The notes under the pieces are model-generated. The model was not told the origin of the DNA. It was given only the letters and a program-made list of their open reading frames with translations, and ran no database searches. Shown here piece after piece: positions 1-8,000 of a stretch of DNA of 32,000 bases. The stretch is taken from NCBI RefSeq assembly GCF_000021865.1, contig NC_014034.1, forward strand, positions 2,250,001 to 2,282,000, given 5' to 3'. Numbering within the stretch: position 1 is the stretch's first letter; each line of letters begins with the position of its first letter. The position numbers were made by a program, and so were the translations under genes. This DNA comes from Rhodobacter capsulatus SB 1003. Its GTDB lineage: Bacteria > Pseudomonadota > Alphaproteobacteria > Rhodobacterales > Rhodobacteraceae.

Positions 1-387
1 CCGCTGCTTTGCGCCAATCCCGATGTGGTCGTCGACATGGGCGAAACCCGGATCTATTGCGCGGGCGCGCTGGCGGCGCTTTACGAGGAAATGGGCGGGC
101 GCACGATGTATTTCGGCAAGCCGCATCCGCCGATCTATGACATGGCCCGGCGCCGCATGGCGGAATTCGGCCTGACCGATGACAGCCGCGTGCTGGCGGT
201 GGGCGACGGCATCAACACCGATGTGGCCGGGGCGATCGGCGAAAATCTGGACGTGCTCTTCGTCTCGGGCGGGCTGGCCGCCGAGCAGTTCGGCGCCGAT
301 GTCGAAAATCCGAACGCGGATCTGCTCCGGGCCTGGCTGGATGCCCGCCAGCAGGATCCGCAATACACGATCGGCCGGCTGCGCTGA
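1..387 (+). CDS. HAD-superfamily hydrolase (class IIA-like), C-terminal part; 5' end lies upstream of the window
   Basis: Frame 1 is open from nt 1 (PLLCANPDVVVDMG...). It carries HAD-type motifs FGKPHPPIY and VGDGINTDVAGA. Stop at 385-387. Confidence 0.75.
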   Translation, partial: PLLCANPDVVVDMGETRIYCAGALAALYEEMGGRTMYFGKPHPPIYDMARRRMAEFGLTDDSRVLAVGDGINTDVAGAIGENLDVLFVSGGLAAEQFGADVENPNADLLRAWLDARQQDPQYTIGRLR

Positions 388-510
388 AACGACCCCGCAA
401 CTATCTTGCGCCCGACATTCGTCTTGGGTTCATAAGTTTCGCTGCGCTTGCATGGTGGCGGCCGCCGTGCTAAGCGGCGGCGCAGCATGACCCCAAGCCG
501 GAGCGCCCCC

Positions 511-951
511 ATGACCGACCAAATCCAACGCGGCACGATCTGCATCGATCAGCTTGAACTCGGCATGATGCGCACGCTGACCAAGGAAATCACCGACCGC
601 GACATCGAGTTGTTCGCCGAGGTCTCGACCGACCGCAACCCGGTGCATCTGGACGAGGATTTCGCCAGCACCACGCTGTTCAAGGGCCGGATCGCGCATG
701 GGATGCTCTCGGCCGGGCTGATTTCGGCGGTGATCGGCGAGCAGCTGCCGGGCCATGGCACGATCTATCTGGGCCAGTCGCTGAAATTCCGCGCCCCGGT
801 GCGGCCGGGCGATGTGGTGACGGCCGAAGTCACGGTGGCGGCGATCGATCCGGTGAAGCGTCGGGTCACCCTTGAAACCCGCTGCCGCGTGGGCGATACG
901 GTGGTGATCGAGGGCGAAGCGCAGGTTCTGGCGCCCGCCTGCAAGCACTGA
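511..951 (+). CDS. MaoC-like (R)-specific enoyl-CoA hydratase / dehydratase (hot-dog fold)
   Basis: ORF 448-951. The sequence DRNPVHLDEDFA...GRIAHGML is the typical MaoC hydratase motif. The likely start is the ATG at 511 (MTDQIQRG); ATGs at 487 and 448 are also possible. Confidence 0.85.
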   Translation: MTDQIQRGTICIDQLELGMMRTLTKEITDRDIELFAEVSTDRNPVHLDEDFASTTLFKGRIAHGMLSAGLISAVIGEQLPGHGTIYLGQSLKFRAPVRPGDVVTAEVTVAAIDPVKRRVTLETRCRVGDTVVIEGEAQVLAPACKH

Positions 952-991
952 CACGACCGGCGGCCTCGCCGGAGGCGGGACAAGACCGGGC

Positions 992-1915
992 ATGCAGACC
1001 TATACCCACTGGACGGGGCTTTCGCCCGAGGCGCGCGGCGCCTCGGTGGCGATGGGCAATTTCGACGGGGTGCATCTGGGGCATCAATCGGTGATCGACC
1101 TGGCCCGCGGCCGCGAGCCTTTGGGCATCATCACCTTTGAACCCCATCCGCGCGAGGTCTTTGCCCCCGAGGCCGCGCCGTTCCGGCTGATGAATGCCGA
1201 AGCCCGCGAACACCGGCTGGCGAAACTGGGCGTGACGCGGCTTTACGAGCTGCCCTTCGGCCCCGAGCTGGCGGGGATGGACCCCGAGACCTTCGCAGGC
1301 AAGGTGCTGGCCGAGGGGCTGGGCGTCGCCCATGTCACGGTGGGGGGCGATTTCCGCTTTGGCAAGGGCCGCGCGGCGGGCACGGCCGAGCTGATCGCGC
1401 TGGGTCAACGCCTGGGCTTTGACGTCACGGTGGCGCCGCTTCTGCACATCGACGGGATCGAGGTCTCCTCGACCAATATCCGCAAGGCGCTGGCCGAGGG
1501 GCGGGTGCGCGATGCGGCGAAGATGCTCGGTCACCTGCACCGGATCGAGGGCGAGGTGATGCACGGCGACAAGCGCGGCCGCGACCTGGGCTTTCCGACC
1601 GCGAACATGTCGGTGGCGCGGCTGCATCTGCCCAAGCTCGGCGTCTATGCGGTCAAGGTCGATGTGCTGACCGGGCCGCAGGCGGGGGCATACTTTGGCG
1701 CGGCCAGCCTTGGCGTGCGGCCGATGTTTGGCGAAAACGCCCCCAATCTGGAGACTTTCCTGTTTGATTTCGAAGGCGATCTTTACGGCCAGCATCTTTC
1801 CGTCGCGCTGGTCGAGTATCTGCGCCCGGAAATGAAGTTCGACGGCCTGCCCGCCCTGATGAAACAGATGGCAGCCGATTGCGAAACCGCGCGCGAGATC
1901 CTGCGCACAGCCTGA
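992..1915 (+). CDS. ribF: Bifunctional riboflavin kinase / FMN adenylyltransferase
   Basis: 307 aa. The N-terminal FAD synthetase part has GNFDGVHLGHQ. The C-terminal riboflavin kinase part has GDKRGRDLGFPTAN ... LYG..L.V. Confidence 0.95.
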   Translation: MQTYTHWTGLSPEARGASVAMGNFDGVHLGHQSVIDLARGREPLGIITFEPHPREVFAPEAAPFRLMNAEAREHRLAKLGVTRLYELPFGPELAGMDPETFAGKVLAEGLGVAHVTVGGDFRFGKGRAAGTAELIALGQRLGFDVTVAPLLHIDGIEVSSTNIRKALAEGRVRDAAKMLGHLHRIEGEVMHGDKRGRDLGFPTANMSVARLHLPKLGVYAVKVDVLTGPQAGAYFGAASLGVRPMFGENAPNLETFLFDFEGDLYGQHLSVALVEYLRPEMKFDGLPALMKQMAADCETAREILRTA

Positions 1916-1957
1916 AGTGACTTCCCTGATGCCCAAATCCGAGTCACCTTTCGCGCG

Positions 1958-2407
1958 ATGAGTAGTAACTTGCGCCCCCTGTTCTGGACCCTGCCGCTGA
2001 CCAGGCTGACCCCCGCCGAATGGGAGGCGCTTTGCGACGGCTGCGGCAAATGCTGTCTGAACAAGCTGGAATATGAAGACACCGGCGAGCTGGAATTCAC
2101 CCGCGTCGCCTGTCGTCTGCTTGACGGCGAAAGCTGCCGCTGCCGCAACTACGAGATCCGGCATCAATTCGTGCCCGAATGCGTGCGGCTGACGCCGAAA
2201 TCGCTGAAGAAAAGCGTCTATTGGATGCCCGCGACCTGCGCCTATCGGCTGCGCTACGAGGGCAGGCCGCTGGAGCCCTGGCATTATCTGATTTCGGGCG
2301 ATCCCGAGACGGTGCATGATGCGGGGCAATCGGTGCGCGGCTGGACCGTCTCCGAGGCCGAGGTGCCGGAGGAAGACTGGCAGGACTACATCATCGAGGA
2401 TCTCTGA
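1958..2407 (+). CDS. ycgN: YcgN-family (UPF0260) cysteine-cluster protein
   Basis: 149 aa with the CDGCGKCCLNKLE ... CRLLD..SCRC..Y pattern characteristic of the YcgN/UPF0260 family. Confidence 0.85.
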   Translation: MSSNLRPLFWTLPLTRLTPAEWEALCDGCGKCCLNKLEYEDTGELEFTRVACRLLDGESCRCRNYEIRHQFVPECVRLTPKSLKKSVYWMPATCAYRLRYEGRPLEPWHYLISGDPETVHDAGQSVRGWTVSEAEVPEEDWQDYIIEDL

Positions 2408-3457
2408 ATGCAGTTTGCGTCGGACAACACCGCGGGCGTCGCGCCCGAGATCATGGCGGCTTTGGCGGCGGCGAATGCGGGCCATGTGGCCTCTTATGGC
2501 GCCGATCCGCTCAGCGGCGCGGTGGTCGAGCATCTGCGCGAGATTTTCGAGGCGCCGCAGGCCGTGGTCTATCTGGTGGCGACGGGCACGGCGGCGAATG
2601 CGCTCTCCTGTGCGGTGCTGACCCAGCCCTGGGGGGCGATTTTCTGTCACCGCAACGCCCATATCGAGGAAGACGAATGCGGCGCCCCCGAATTCTACAC
2701 CGGCGGCTCCAAGCTGGTGCTGGTCGACGGGCCCCATGCGAAGATGGACGCGGCCGGTCTGCGCGCGGCGATTGCGCATACCGCGCGGGCGGGCGTGCAT
2801 AACGTGCAGCGCGGCATGGTCTCGCTGACCAATGCGACCGAGGCGGGCACGATCTACACCCCCGCCGAGGTGGCGGCGCTGACGGCGGTGGCGCGGGAGT
2901 ACAAGCTGCCCGTGCACATGGATGGGGCGCGGTTTGCCAATGCGCTGGTCAGCCTGGGCTGCACCCCGGCCGAGGTGACCTGGAAGGCCGGGGTCGATGT
3001 GCTCAGCTTTGGCGGCACCAAGAACGGCTGCATGGGGGTCGAGGCGGTGGTGATCTTCGATCCCGCCCGCGCCTGGGAATTCGAGCTGCGCCGCAAGCGC
3101 GGCGGGCATCTGTTTTCGAAGCACCGCTTCCTTGCGGCGCAGATGGCGGCTTACCTCGAGGGCGATCTGTGGCTGCGGCTGGCCCGGCAGGCAAATGCGA
3201 TGGCCACGCGGCTCTCGCAGGGCATTGCCGCTGTGCCCGGGGCCTCGCTGACCCATCCGACACAGGCGAACGAGGTCTTCGCCGCCTTCCCCCGCGCCGC
3301 CCATCGCGCAGTTCATGCGGCGGGGGCGTCCTATTACCTCTGGCCCTTCGATCAGTCGCTTGACGGCCCGGGCGAGGTACCGCTTGCCGCGCGGATGGTG
3401 ACGACCTGGGACACGACCGAGGCCGAGATCGACGCGTTTTTGGCACATCTGCGCTGA
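2408..3457 (+). CDS. ltaE: Low-specificity L-threonine aldolase (PLP-dependent beta-eliminating lyase family)
   Basis: 349 aa. Sequence reads MQFASDN..G..PEI..A..., GTAANAL, HMDGARFANA, SFGGTKNG (PLP lysine context). The start abuts the ycgN stop (TGAATG). Confidence 0.85.
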   Translation: MQFASDNTAGVAPEIMAALAAANAGHVASYGADPLSGAVVEHLREIFEAPQAVVYLVATGTAANALSCAVLTQPWGAIFCHRNAHIEEDECGAPEFYTGGSKLVLVDGPHAKMDAAGLRAAIAHTARAGVHNVQRGMVSLTNATEAGTIYTPAEVAALTAVAREYKLPVHMDGARFANALVSLGCTPAEVTWKAGVDVLSFGGTKNGCMGVEAVVIFDPARAWEFELRRKRGGHLFSKHRFLAAQMAAYLEGDLWLRLARQANAMATRLSQGIAAVPGASLTHPTQANEVFAAFPRAAHRAVHAAGASYYLWPFDQSLDGPGEVPLAARMVTTWDTTEAEIDAFLAHLR

Positions 3458-3504
3458 ACCGTGGCGGGGCGTCGGCGGGCCAGCCCCCTGCCCCATTCCG
3501 GTGC

Positions 3505-3533
3505 TTGACGGTTCCGCCCGTCCCGCCTAGACC
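3505..3533 (+). promoter_or_regulatory. Putative sigma70-type promoter of the tRNA gene
   Basis: TTGACG (3505-3510), a 17-nt spacer, then TAGACC (3528-3533), about 14 nt upstream of the tRNA 5' end. Confidence 0.4.
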
Positions 3534-3547
3534 TTGCCGCACTCTGG

Positions 3548-3622
3548 GGGCCTGTAGCTCAATGGTCAGAGCCGGGCGCTCATAACGCCTTGGTTGGGGG
3601 TTCGAGTCCTCCGGGCCTACCA
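3548..3622 (+). tRNA. tRNA with CAT anticodon (elongator Met, or Ile2 if lysidinylated); encoded CCA end
   Basis: Hand fold:
- D arm GCTC/GAGC.
- Anticodon stem GGGCG/CGCCT with loop CTCATAA.
- T loop TTCGAGT.
- 3' end ACCA.

The junction between the acceptor stem and the T stem is one nt short of canonical (see finding). Confidence 0.8.
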
Positions 3623-3648
3623 CATCCCCAAAACGGCATTGAAGTCAT

Positions 3649-4746
3649 TCACTTTTTTGCCGTTTTTGTATCAGGGCTGCGGGGTGATACAACGTTCCCG
3701 CCTTGTTCCACCCCCATGACGAGTCGCCGACGATCTGCCGCGCGGGTGTAATGCTCGGCCTCGACCAGCGTCTGATGCCCGCCCCAGGCCATGATCGCAT
3801 GCGCCGATCCACCCGCTTCCGCGATCGCGGTGAGGCGGTATTTGCGCAGGCCATGGGCGGATTTTTCGACTCCTGCCCCGCGCGCGGCCTCGCTGATCAC
3901 ATTGCCAAGCCCTTTCACCGATCGCACACGCCCGTTCGCCTCAAGGAAGGTGAAACCGCCCGAGAGACAGGCCAGCGCCGCCTTGACGGTCTCGCGCTCG
4001 GCCGCCCAGGCCGCAGCATAGCCCGGCAGCGGATTGGACCAGGGCACCATCGCCGGATTGGCGGTCTTGCTCTGCCGGTAGCTCAGCACGCCGCCGTGGT
4101 CGATGTTGCACGGGCCAAGGCGCACTGCGTCATTCGTCCGCGCGCCGGTCCAGCAGACCAGCTCGAAACAGGCGCGCTGCACGGTGCCGATCGGCCAGCG
4201 GGCGCGGAACTGTTCGACCTCGTCCTGCGTCCAGGCGGGAAAGCCCTCGGTCTTGACCTTGATGCGCCTGACCTCGATCGACGGGTCGGACTCGATCTCG
4301 CCGCGCCGCCGGGCGCCGCCCATCACCCGCCGCCACGCCTTGAGGCGCTTGTTCGCGGCATCGGCGGAAAGCTTGTCGAGATCGGCCTCGATATGGCGTG
4401 ACCGCAGCCCCTTGAGCGGCGCCGTGCCATAGGCGGCTTCCATCGCGTCGAAATCCTTGCGCAGGATCGACTGATAAAGGCTCGACAGCTCGGCAAACGG
4501 ACGGCTGGTTTTTTCGGCACGGATCGCGGCGGCAAGCGTTCCCGCGGCGACCGGCGCCTTGCGCGCAAGGGCGGCGGGGCCGGTCAGGCTGGCCTCGGCC
4601 GCTGCCCAAGCGGCGACGAAATCCGGGTGCGTCTCGGGCAGATCCGGCAAGCGGATGCCGCTGGCGCGGTGATATTTCACCACGCGCTCGCCGCGACGCT
4701 GGCGCCGGACGCCCTTCAACTGGACACCCCAAACAGGTGATCGCAT
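3649..4746 (-). CDS. int: Tyrosine recombinase / phage-type integrase
   Basis: 365 aa. The C-terminal catalytic region has GARTNDAVRL, AHGLRKY and WGGHQTLVEAEHYTRAAD (R...HxxR...Y signature). It lies immediately 3' of the tRNA and reads toward it. Confidence 0.9.
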   Translation of the reverse strand: MRSPVWGVQLKGVRRQRRGERVVKYHRASGIRLPDLPETHPDFVAAWAAAEASLTGPAALARKAPVAAGTLAAAIRAEKTSRPFAELSSLYQSILRKDFDAMEAAYGTAPLKGLRSRHIEADLDKLSADAANKRLKAWRRVMGGARRRGEIESDPSIEVRRIKVKTEGFPAWTQDEVEQFRARWPIGTVQRACFELVCWTGARTNDAVRLGPCNIDHGGVLSYRQSKTANPAMVPWSNPLPGYAAAWAAERETVKAALACLSGGFTFLEANGRVRSVKGLGNVISEAARGAGVEKSAHGLRKYRLTAIAEAGGSAHAIMAWGGHQTLVEAEHYTRAADRRRLVMGVEQGGNVVSPRSPDTKTAKK

Positions 4747-4985
4747 GCCGTTTCCCCTTCGCTCTCGCCCTCAATGGGCAGCGCCGAGGCGAAGGCGTCA
4801 AGGTCGAAGCGGTCGTAAAGACGTTTCGCCCCCAGCTTTCGGCGCGGGATCTCCAGCAGTCGCAAGGTGCTTTCAGAGACGCCAAGGTAATGCGCCGCCT
4901 CGGGCGCGGTTGTGATCCGGCGCCAGGTCCGGCGGGCACAGATGCTGCTGTTCTTCTCGCGCCTTTCCCCATGCCTGATCGGCAT
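4716..4985 (-). CDS. AlpA/Xis-like helix-turn-helix excisionase or regulator; true start uncertain
   Basis: ITTAPEAAHYLGVSESTLRLLEIPRRKLGAKRLYDRFDLDAF matches the AlpA/MerR-like excisionase pattern. It overlaps the int start by ~30 nt. The N-terminal ~20 codons of this ORF run into the IS110 fragment, so they are probably not native. Confidence 0.6.
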   Translation of the reverse strand: MPIRHGERREKNSSICARRTWRRITTAPEAAHYLGVSESTLRLLEIPRRKLGAKRLYDRFDLDAFASALPIEGESEGETACDHLFGVSS

Positions 4986-5131
4986 GGAAGCCTGTGCCGG
5001 GGCGCATCATTGGGCGCGGCAGCTGACGAAGTTCGGCCATCAGGTGCGGCTGATCCCGCCCTCTTACGTCAAGCCCTTCGTCAAGCGGGGCAAAACCGAC
5101 GCCGCCGATGCCGAGGCGATCTGCACTGCAT
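4912..5131 (+). pseudogene. IS110-family transposase, N-terminal fragment only
   Basis: IGMEACAGAHHWARQLTKFGHQVRLIPPSYVKPFVKRGKTDAADAEAICTA is the DEDD-domain core of IS110 transposases. It is cut off at 5131/5132 by the IS3-family left inverted repeat. Confidence 0.7.
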
Positions 5132-5169
5132 TGACCCAGTGAAATCCTGCTCATGCTACAAAGGAGAAC

Positions 5170-5532
5170 GTGGCCATGAGTATGACGATGGACGACAGCA
5201 TCAAACGTTGGACGGCGAAGCGGAAGACCGCCTTGGTGACCGAGATCATTCAGGGCAAGACGACGGTGGCCGAGGCGAGCCGGTCGTTTGACCTGACACC
5301 TTCCGAGATCGAGGGCCGGGTCGAGGACGCGAAGCGGGGCATGGAGAATTCCTTGCGCGCCAACCCTCTCGACATTCGCGAGCACTACGAAAAGCAGCTC
5401 CAGGATCTGCAAGAAGCCTATGGCGAGGCGATGCTGGAATTGCGTGCCCGAAAAAAGCTGGCGGCCCTCATGGAGCGGGATGGAGTGAGGGGCGAGCGTG
5501 CCACCGGTTCAAGCGCCGCCCCGAACCAATGA
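5170..5532 (+). CDS. IS3-family-like OrfA (HTH transposase accessory protein)
   Basis: 120 aa. RWTAKRKTALVTEIIQGKTTVAEASRSFDLTPSEIEGRVEDAKRGMEN is followed by a coiled-coil (QLQDLQEAYGEAMLELRARKKL). Its stop overlaps the orfB ATG (ATGA at 5529-5532). Confidence 0.7.
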   Translation: MAMSMTMDDSIKRWTAKRKTALVTEIIQGKTTVAEASRSFDLTPSEIEGRVEDAKRGMENSLRANPLDIREHYEKQLQDLQEAYGEAMLELRARKKLAALMERDGVRGERATGSSAAPNQ

Positions 5533-5699
5533 TCCGGACGCTCCATGAGGGCCTGCTGGCCGATGGTATTGCGGTGTTGATCGCCAAGCTTTGCACCTGG
5601 TTCGGCGTGCCGCGGCGCACGGTCTATGATAGGCCGACCAAAGCAGCGCCCAAAGTTGATGACCGGTTCGCGGTCCCGATCAAGGCGATGATCGAGGAT

Positions 5700-5745
5700 G
5701 GAGGAGGATCAGAAAAGGCCCCAGTGGGGCGTTTTCCCGACGACA
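5700..5745 (-). repeat. Hairpin mini-insertion, family C (TCGTCGGG - stem-loop - CTGATCCTCCTC)
   Basis: The stem is GAAAAGGCCCC-AGT-GGGGCGTTTTC (5712-5736). The reverse complement shares both flanks with the copy at 10040-10083. It interrupts OrfB between AMIED and PSFGYRTVAWLLG. Confidence 0.7.
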
Positions 5746-5790
5746 CCCTCGTTCGGCTACCGCACCGTGGCGTGGTTGCTCGGGTGCAAC

Positions 5791-5833
5791 AGTGAGGCCC
5801 CGAACGCCATTGGTCCGAGTGAGCGGGCCGAAC
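5791..5833 (+). repeat. Hairpin mini-insertion, family A (core CGCCATTGGTYCRAG)
   Basis: AGTGAG-GCCCC-GAA-CGCCATTGGTCCGAG-TGAGC-GGGCC-GAAC. It sits at the frame break between AWLLGCN and TVQRIFQIKGW. Confidence 0.75.
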
Positions 5834-6353
5834 GACGGTGCAGCGGATCTTTCAGATCAAGGGCTGGCAGGTGCGCAAGCGCGCCATCGGCATGCGGCCG
5901 CGGATCGAGGCGGTGCCTTCGGTCGCCACCGCACCGAACGAGCGCTGGTCGACGGATCAGGCGCGGGTCTGGACCGGCAAGGACGGCTGGGCGTCGCTCG
6001 CCTTGGTGATCGATTGCCACAGGCGCGAACTCCTGAGCTGGCACCTGTCGCGCTCCGGCAAGGCCACGACCGCCAGCGCCGCGCCTGAACATGCCCTGAT
6101 CCGCCGGTTCGGAACGCTTGGCCGGGTCAACCGGGCGTTCCTGCTGCGGTCTGACAATGGTCTGATTTTTACCAGTCGCCACTTCACGGCTCTGGTGCGC
6201 AGCTATGGCCTGAAACAGGAGTTCATCACCCCGCATTGCCCGCAACAAAACGGCATGGTGGAGCGCGTCATCCGGACGCTCAAGGCGCAATGCATTCACC
6301 GCCACCGCTTCGAGAGCATCCAGCACGCCAACCGCGTCATCGGCGACTGGATC

Positions 6354-6394
6354 GTTCGGCCGCTCTCTCGGACCCATGGCGATCGCGGCCTCAC
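6354..6394 (-). repeat. Hairpin mini-insertion, family A
   Basis: The reverse complement is GTGA-GGCCGC-GAT-CGCCATGGGTCCGAG-AGA-GCGGCC-GAAC. It sits at the frame break after VIGDWI in OrfB. Confidence 0.75.
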
Positions 6395-6651
6395 TCAACA
6401 ACCACCGCCGCCCTCATCAGGCCCTTGCCGGGCGACGCCTGTCGAGGCATTCAGATTAGCGGCTTAACTTGAGCAGATTCAGATGGGGCAATACACGCTC
6501 GGCATGTTGCCCGCCACGGCCCGGTGCTTAGGTGAAGGCCACCCCAGGCGGCGCCGTGCCGCCCCAAGGGCGGTCGTCGCGGGCCAGCGCCCAGAAGTAT
6601 CCGGTTTTGGTTTTCCTGGCCCCCGGATCGAGCACCGGGGCACGCGTGTTC

Positions 6652-6695
6652 TTCGGGGCTTACGCGGCCCCATCAGGGCCACGGTCCCCTCGAAC
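6652..6695 (+). repeat. Hairpin mini-insertion, family B (TCGGGGCTTACGCGGCCCC...)
   Basis: TTCGGGGCTTACGCGGCCCCATCAGGGCCACGGTCCCCTCGAAC. It sits at the frame break after ...STKLFM in TnpC. Confidence 0.7.
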
Positions 6696-6973
6696 TCCAT
6701 GAAGAGCTTGGTTGACCGCTTCAGATCGGCAATCAACGCGTCAAACACCGGCCGGAGTTCAAAGGCAGCCCGGCCGACCCAATCGGCCAGTGTGGAGCGG
6801 TCGAGATCGATGTCCTGCCGGGCGTAGATCTGCGCCTGGCGATACAATGGCAGGTGATCGGCGTATTTCGAGACCAGCACATGGGCAACCAGGGCCTCAC
6901 TTGGCAGGCCCCCCGGGATCAGCCGATCCGGGGCGGGCGCCTGCACCACGCCATCGGTGCAGGACCGGCAGGC

Positions 6974-7014
6974 GTTCGGGCCCTCCTTCGAACCAATGGC
7001 AGTCAGGCCCTCAC
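6974..7014 (-). repeat. Hairpin mini-insertion, family A
   Basis: The reverse complement is GTGA-GGGCC-TGACT-GCCATTGGTTCGAAG-GA-GGGCCC-GAAC. Removing it restores RRPK(Y)ACRSC in TnpC. Confidence 0.8.
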
Positions 7015-7100
7015 TTGGGCCGACGCGTGACGAGGACGCGGAACTGCGCGAGAATGATGTCGAGCCGTTCCGAGACATCTTCGCCGATGCGATGCAGAGC

Positions 7101-7138
7101 GAGCCAGGGTGCGCCACTGGTTCAAGAACCATGGCGAG
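7101..7138 (+). repeat. Hairpin mini-insertion, family A (CCATTGG/CCAATGG subfamily)
   Basis: GA-GCCAGGG-TG-CGCCACTGGTTCAAG-AA-CCATGGC-GAG. It sits between ...LTCACG and LHRIGEDV of TnpC. Confidence 0.7.
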
Positions 7139-7743
7139 CACCGCAGGCGCAGGTCAGGCTTACGGGCTCGATCATCTCCTCGATGCGCGGCAGGTGTTTC
7201 GGCAGCGCACCGCGATTGGCGGCCCGCGGCTTTTCCGGGCGCCTGGCCGATCGGTTGTCCGCGTCTTCCTCGGCGTGGATCACGGCGATGGCGGTTTCCA
7301 GATCCTCGAGCGCCAGCTCGAACTGATCCGGATCGCTCTTCTCGGAGCGTCGTCCAAGGGCCGCCTGCCGGAAGGCGGCGACCAGCTTTTCCAATCTGGC
7401 GATCCGCTCGTCCTTGCGCTGATCGCGTGCCTCCGCGGTGTTCAGACGCGCCCTCAGGGCAGCGATTTCCTCAAGCAGATCAGCGGTCTCGGGCATGGCA
7501 GAAACCTACCACGCCCCCCCCGCAAATGCCCGCGCAAAGCGCGGGGAGAGTCATCTGGCCGCAGCATTTGCGCCCTCATTCGACCGCCTCGGGCGCCCGC
7601 ACATCAAGGGCCCGCACCCGCCGCCAGTCGAGCCCGGCAAACAGCGCCTCGAACTGGGCATGGCTCAGCATCATCATGCCGTCCTTGACCGCCGGCCAGG
7701 TAAAGCTGTGCTGCTCAAGCCGTTTGTAAGCCATCACCAGCCC

Positions 7744-7787
7744 ATTCGCCATTGTCTCTCGGACCAATTGCGTTTCAATGGCTCATC
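7744..7787 (-). repeat. Hairpin mini-insertion, family A (divergent)
   Basis: The reverse complement is GATGA-GCCATTG-AAA-CGCAATTGGTCCGAG-AGA-CAATGGC-GAAT. It sits between LLYWD and NGLVMAYKRLE of TnpB. Confidence 0.75.
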
Positions 7788-7915
7788 GTCCCAGTAGAGC
7801 AGCTTCAGCCGATCGGCCTTGCGGGCGCGGAACACAAAACACGGTGCCCGTGAACGGGTCTTTCCGCAGCGCGTTCTTCACAAGTGCTGCCAGGCTGTCG
7901 TGGCCCTTGCGAAGC

Positions 7916-7952
7916 GAGCCATTGGCGCCATTGGTTCAAGCCCAATGGCGAG
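7916..7952 (+). repeat. Hairpin mini-insertion, family A (CCATTGG/CCAATGG subfamily)
   Basis: GA-GCCATTG-G-CGCCATTGGTTCAAG-CC-CAATGGC-GAG. It sits between ATQPI and (L)RKGHDSL of TnpB and brings a TGA into frame. Confidence 0.75.
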
Positions 7953-8000
7953 CGATCGGCTGCGTCGCCACCATGATCCGCACCCGGTTCGAAGGAAAGA

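Larger units (their letters stand above)
5529..6467 (+). pseudogene. IS3-family-like OrfB (rve DDE integrase-core transposase), broken by three short insertions
   Basis: DDE context: WSTDQ, LRSDNGLIF, PQQNGMVERVIRTLK. The reading frame goes 3 -> 1 -> 3 at ~5700-5745 and ~5791-5833. It leaves the frame again at 6354-6394 (VIGDWI / NNHRRPHQAL). Confidence 0.8.
5132..6490 (+). mobile_element. IS3-family-like insertion sequence (OrfA HTH plus OrfB rve/DDE), decayed
   Basis: Imperfect terminal inverted repeats: TGACCCAGTGAAATCCTGCTCA (5132-) and the reverse complement of 6467-6490 (TGCCCCATCTGAATCTGCTCAAG). The element carries orfA and orfB. The left flank is the IS110 fragment and the right flank is IS66 tnpC, so the flanks are not contiguous. 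Confidence 0.75.
6491..7496 (-). pseudogene. IS66 TnpC transposase, broken by three mini-insertions and a nonsense codon, and 3'-truncated
   Basis: - The N-terminal leucine-zipper and zinc-finger part is at 7122-7496 (...LPKHLPRIEEMIEPVSLTCACG).
- The sequence then continues LHRIGEDVSERLDIILAQFRVLVTRRPK / ACRSCTDGVVQAPAPDRLIPGGLPSEALVAHVLVSKYADHLPLYRQAQIYARQ...KLFM / TRAPVLDPGARKTKTGYFWALARDDRPWGG.
- A TAA replaces the expected Tyr codon in AFT*APGR. Confidence 0.8.

Noticed and set aside
866-3496. Very long antisense ORFs: 866-3496 (-), 19041-21002 (+), 23875-25200 (-), 26426-27853 (+), 27944-29806 (+), and many Arg/Pro/Gly-rich ORFs of 60-400 aa.
   Set aside because: They are typical shadow ORFs of high-GC DNA. 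They lie opposite genes with clear family motifs, have low-complexity R/P/G/A-rich composition, and carry no recognisable domains.
3003-3623. A 206-aa ORF on the minus strand that starts inside the tRNA gene.
   Set aside because: It overlaps the tRNA and the 3' end of ltaE in antisense. It has a GTG start and low-complexity sequence, so I consider it spurious.
6354-7014. Resemblance of the GTTCGGC / GCCGAAC termini of family A to integron attC core sites (GTTRRRY / RYYYAAC).
   Set aside because: Only one end matches, and imperfectly, since C sits at an R position. The two ends are not an inverse-core/core pair. The elements are shorter than typical attC sites, and no integron integrase or cassette array is present.
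7744-7787. Resemblance of GATGAG-stem-loop-stem-CGAA in some mini-elements to the hammerhead ribozyme core (CUGAUGA...GAAA).
   Set aside because: The CUGAUGA heptamer is not conserved; other copies read AGTGAG, GTGAGG or CGAGCC. No stem I / stem III partners or cleavage-site context are evident. The elements also occur antisense to their host genes.
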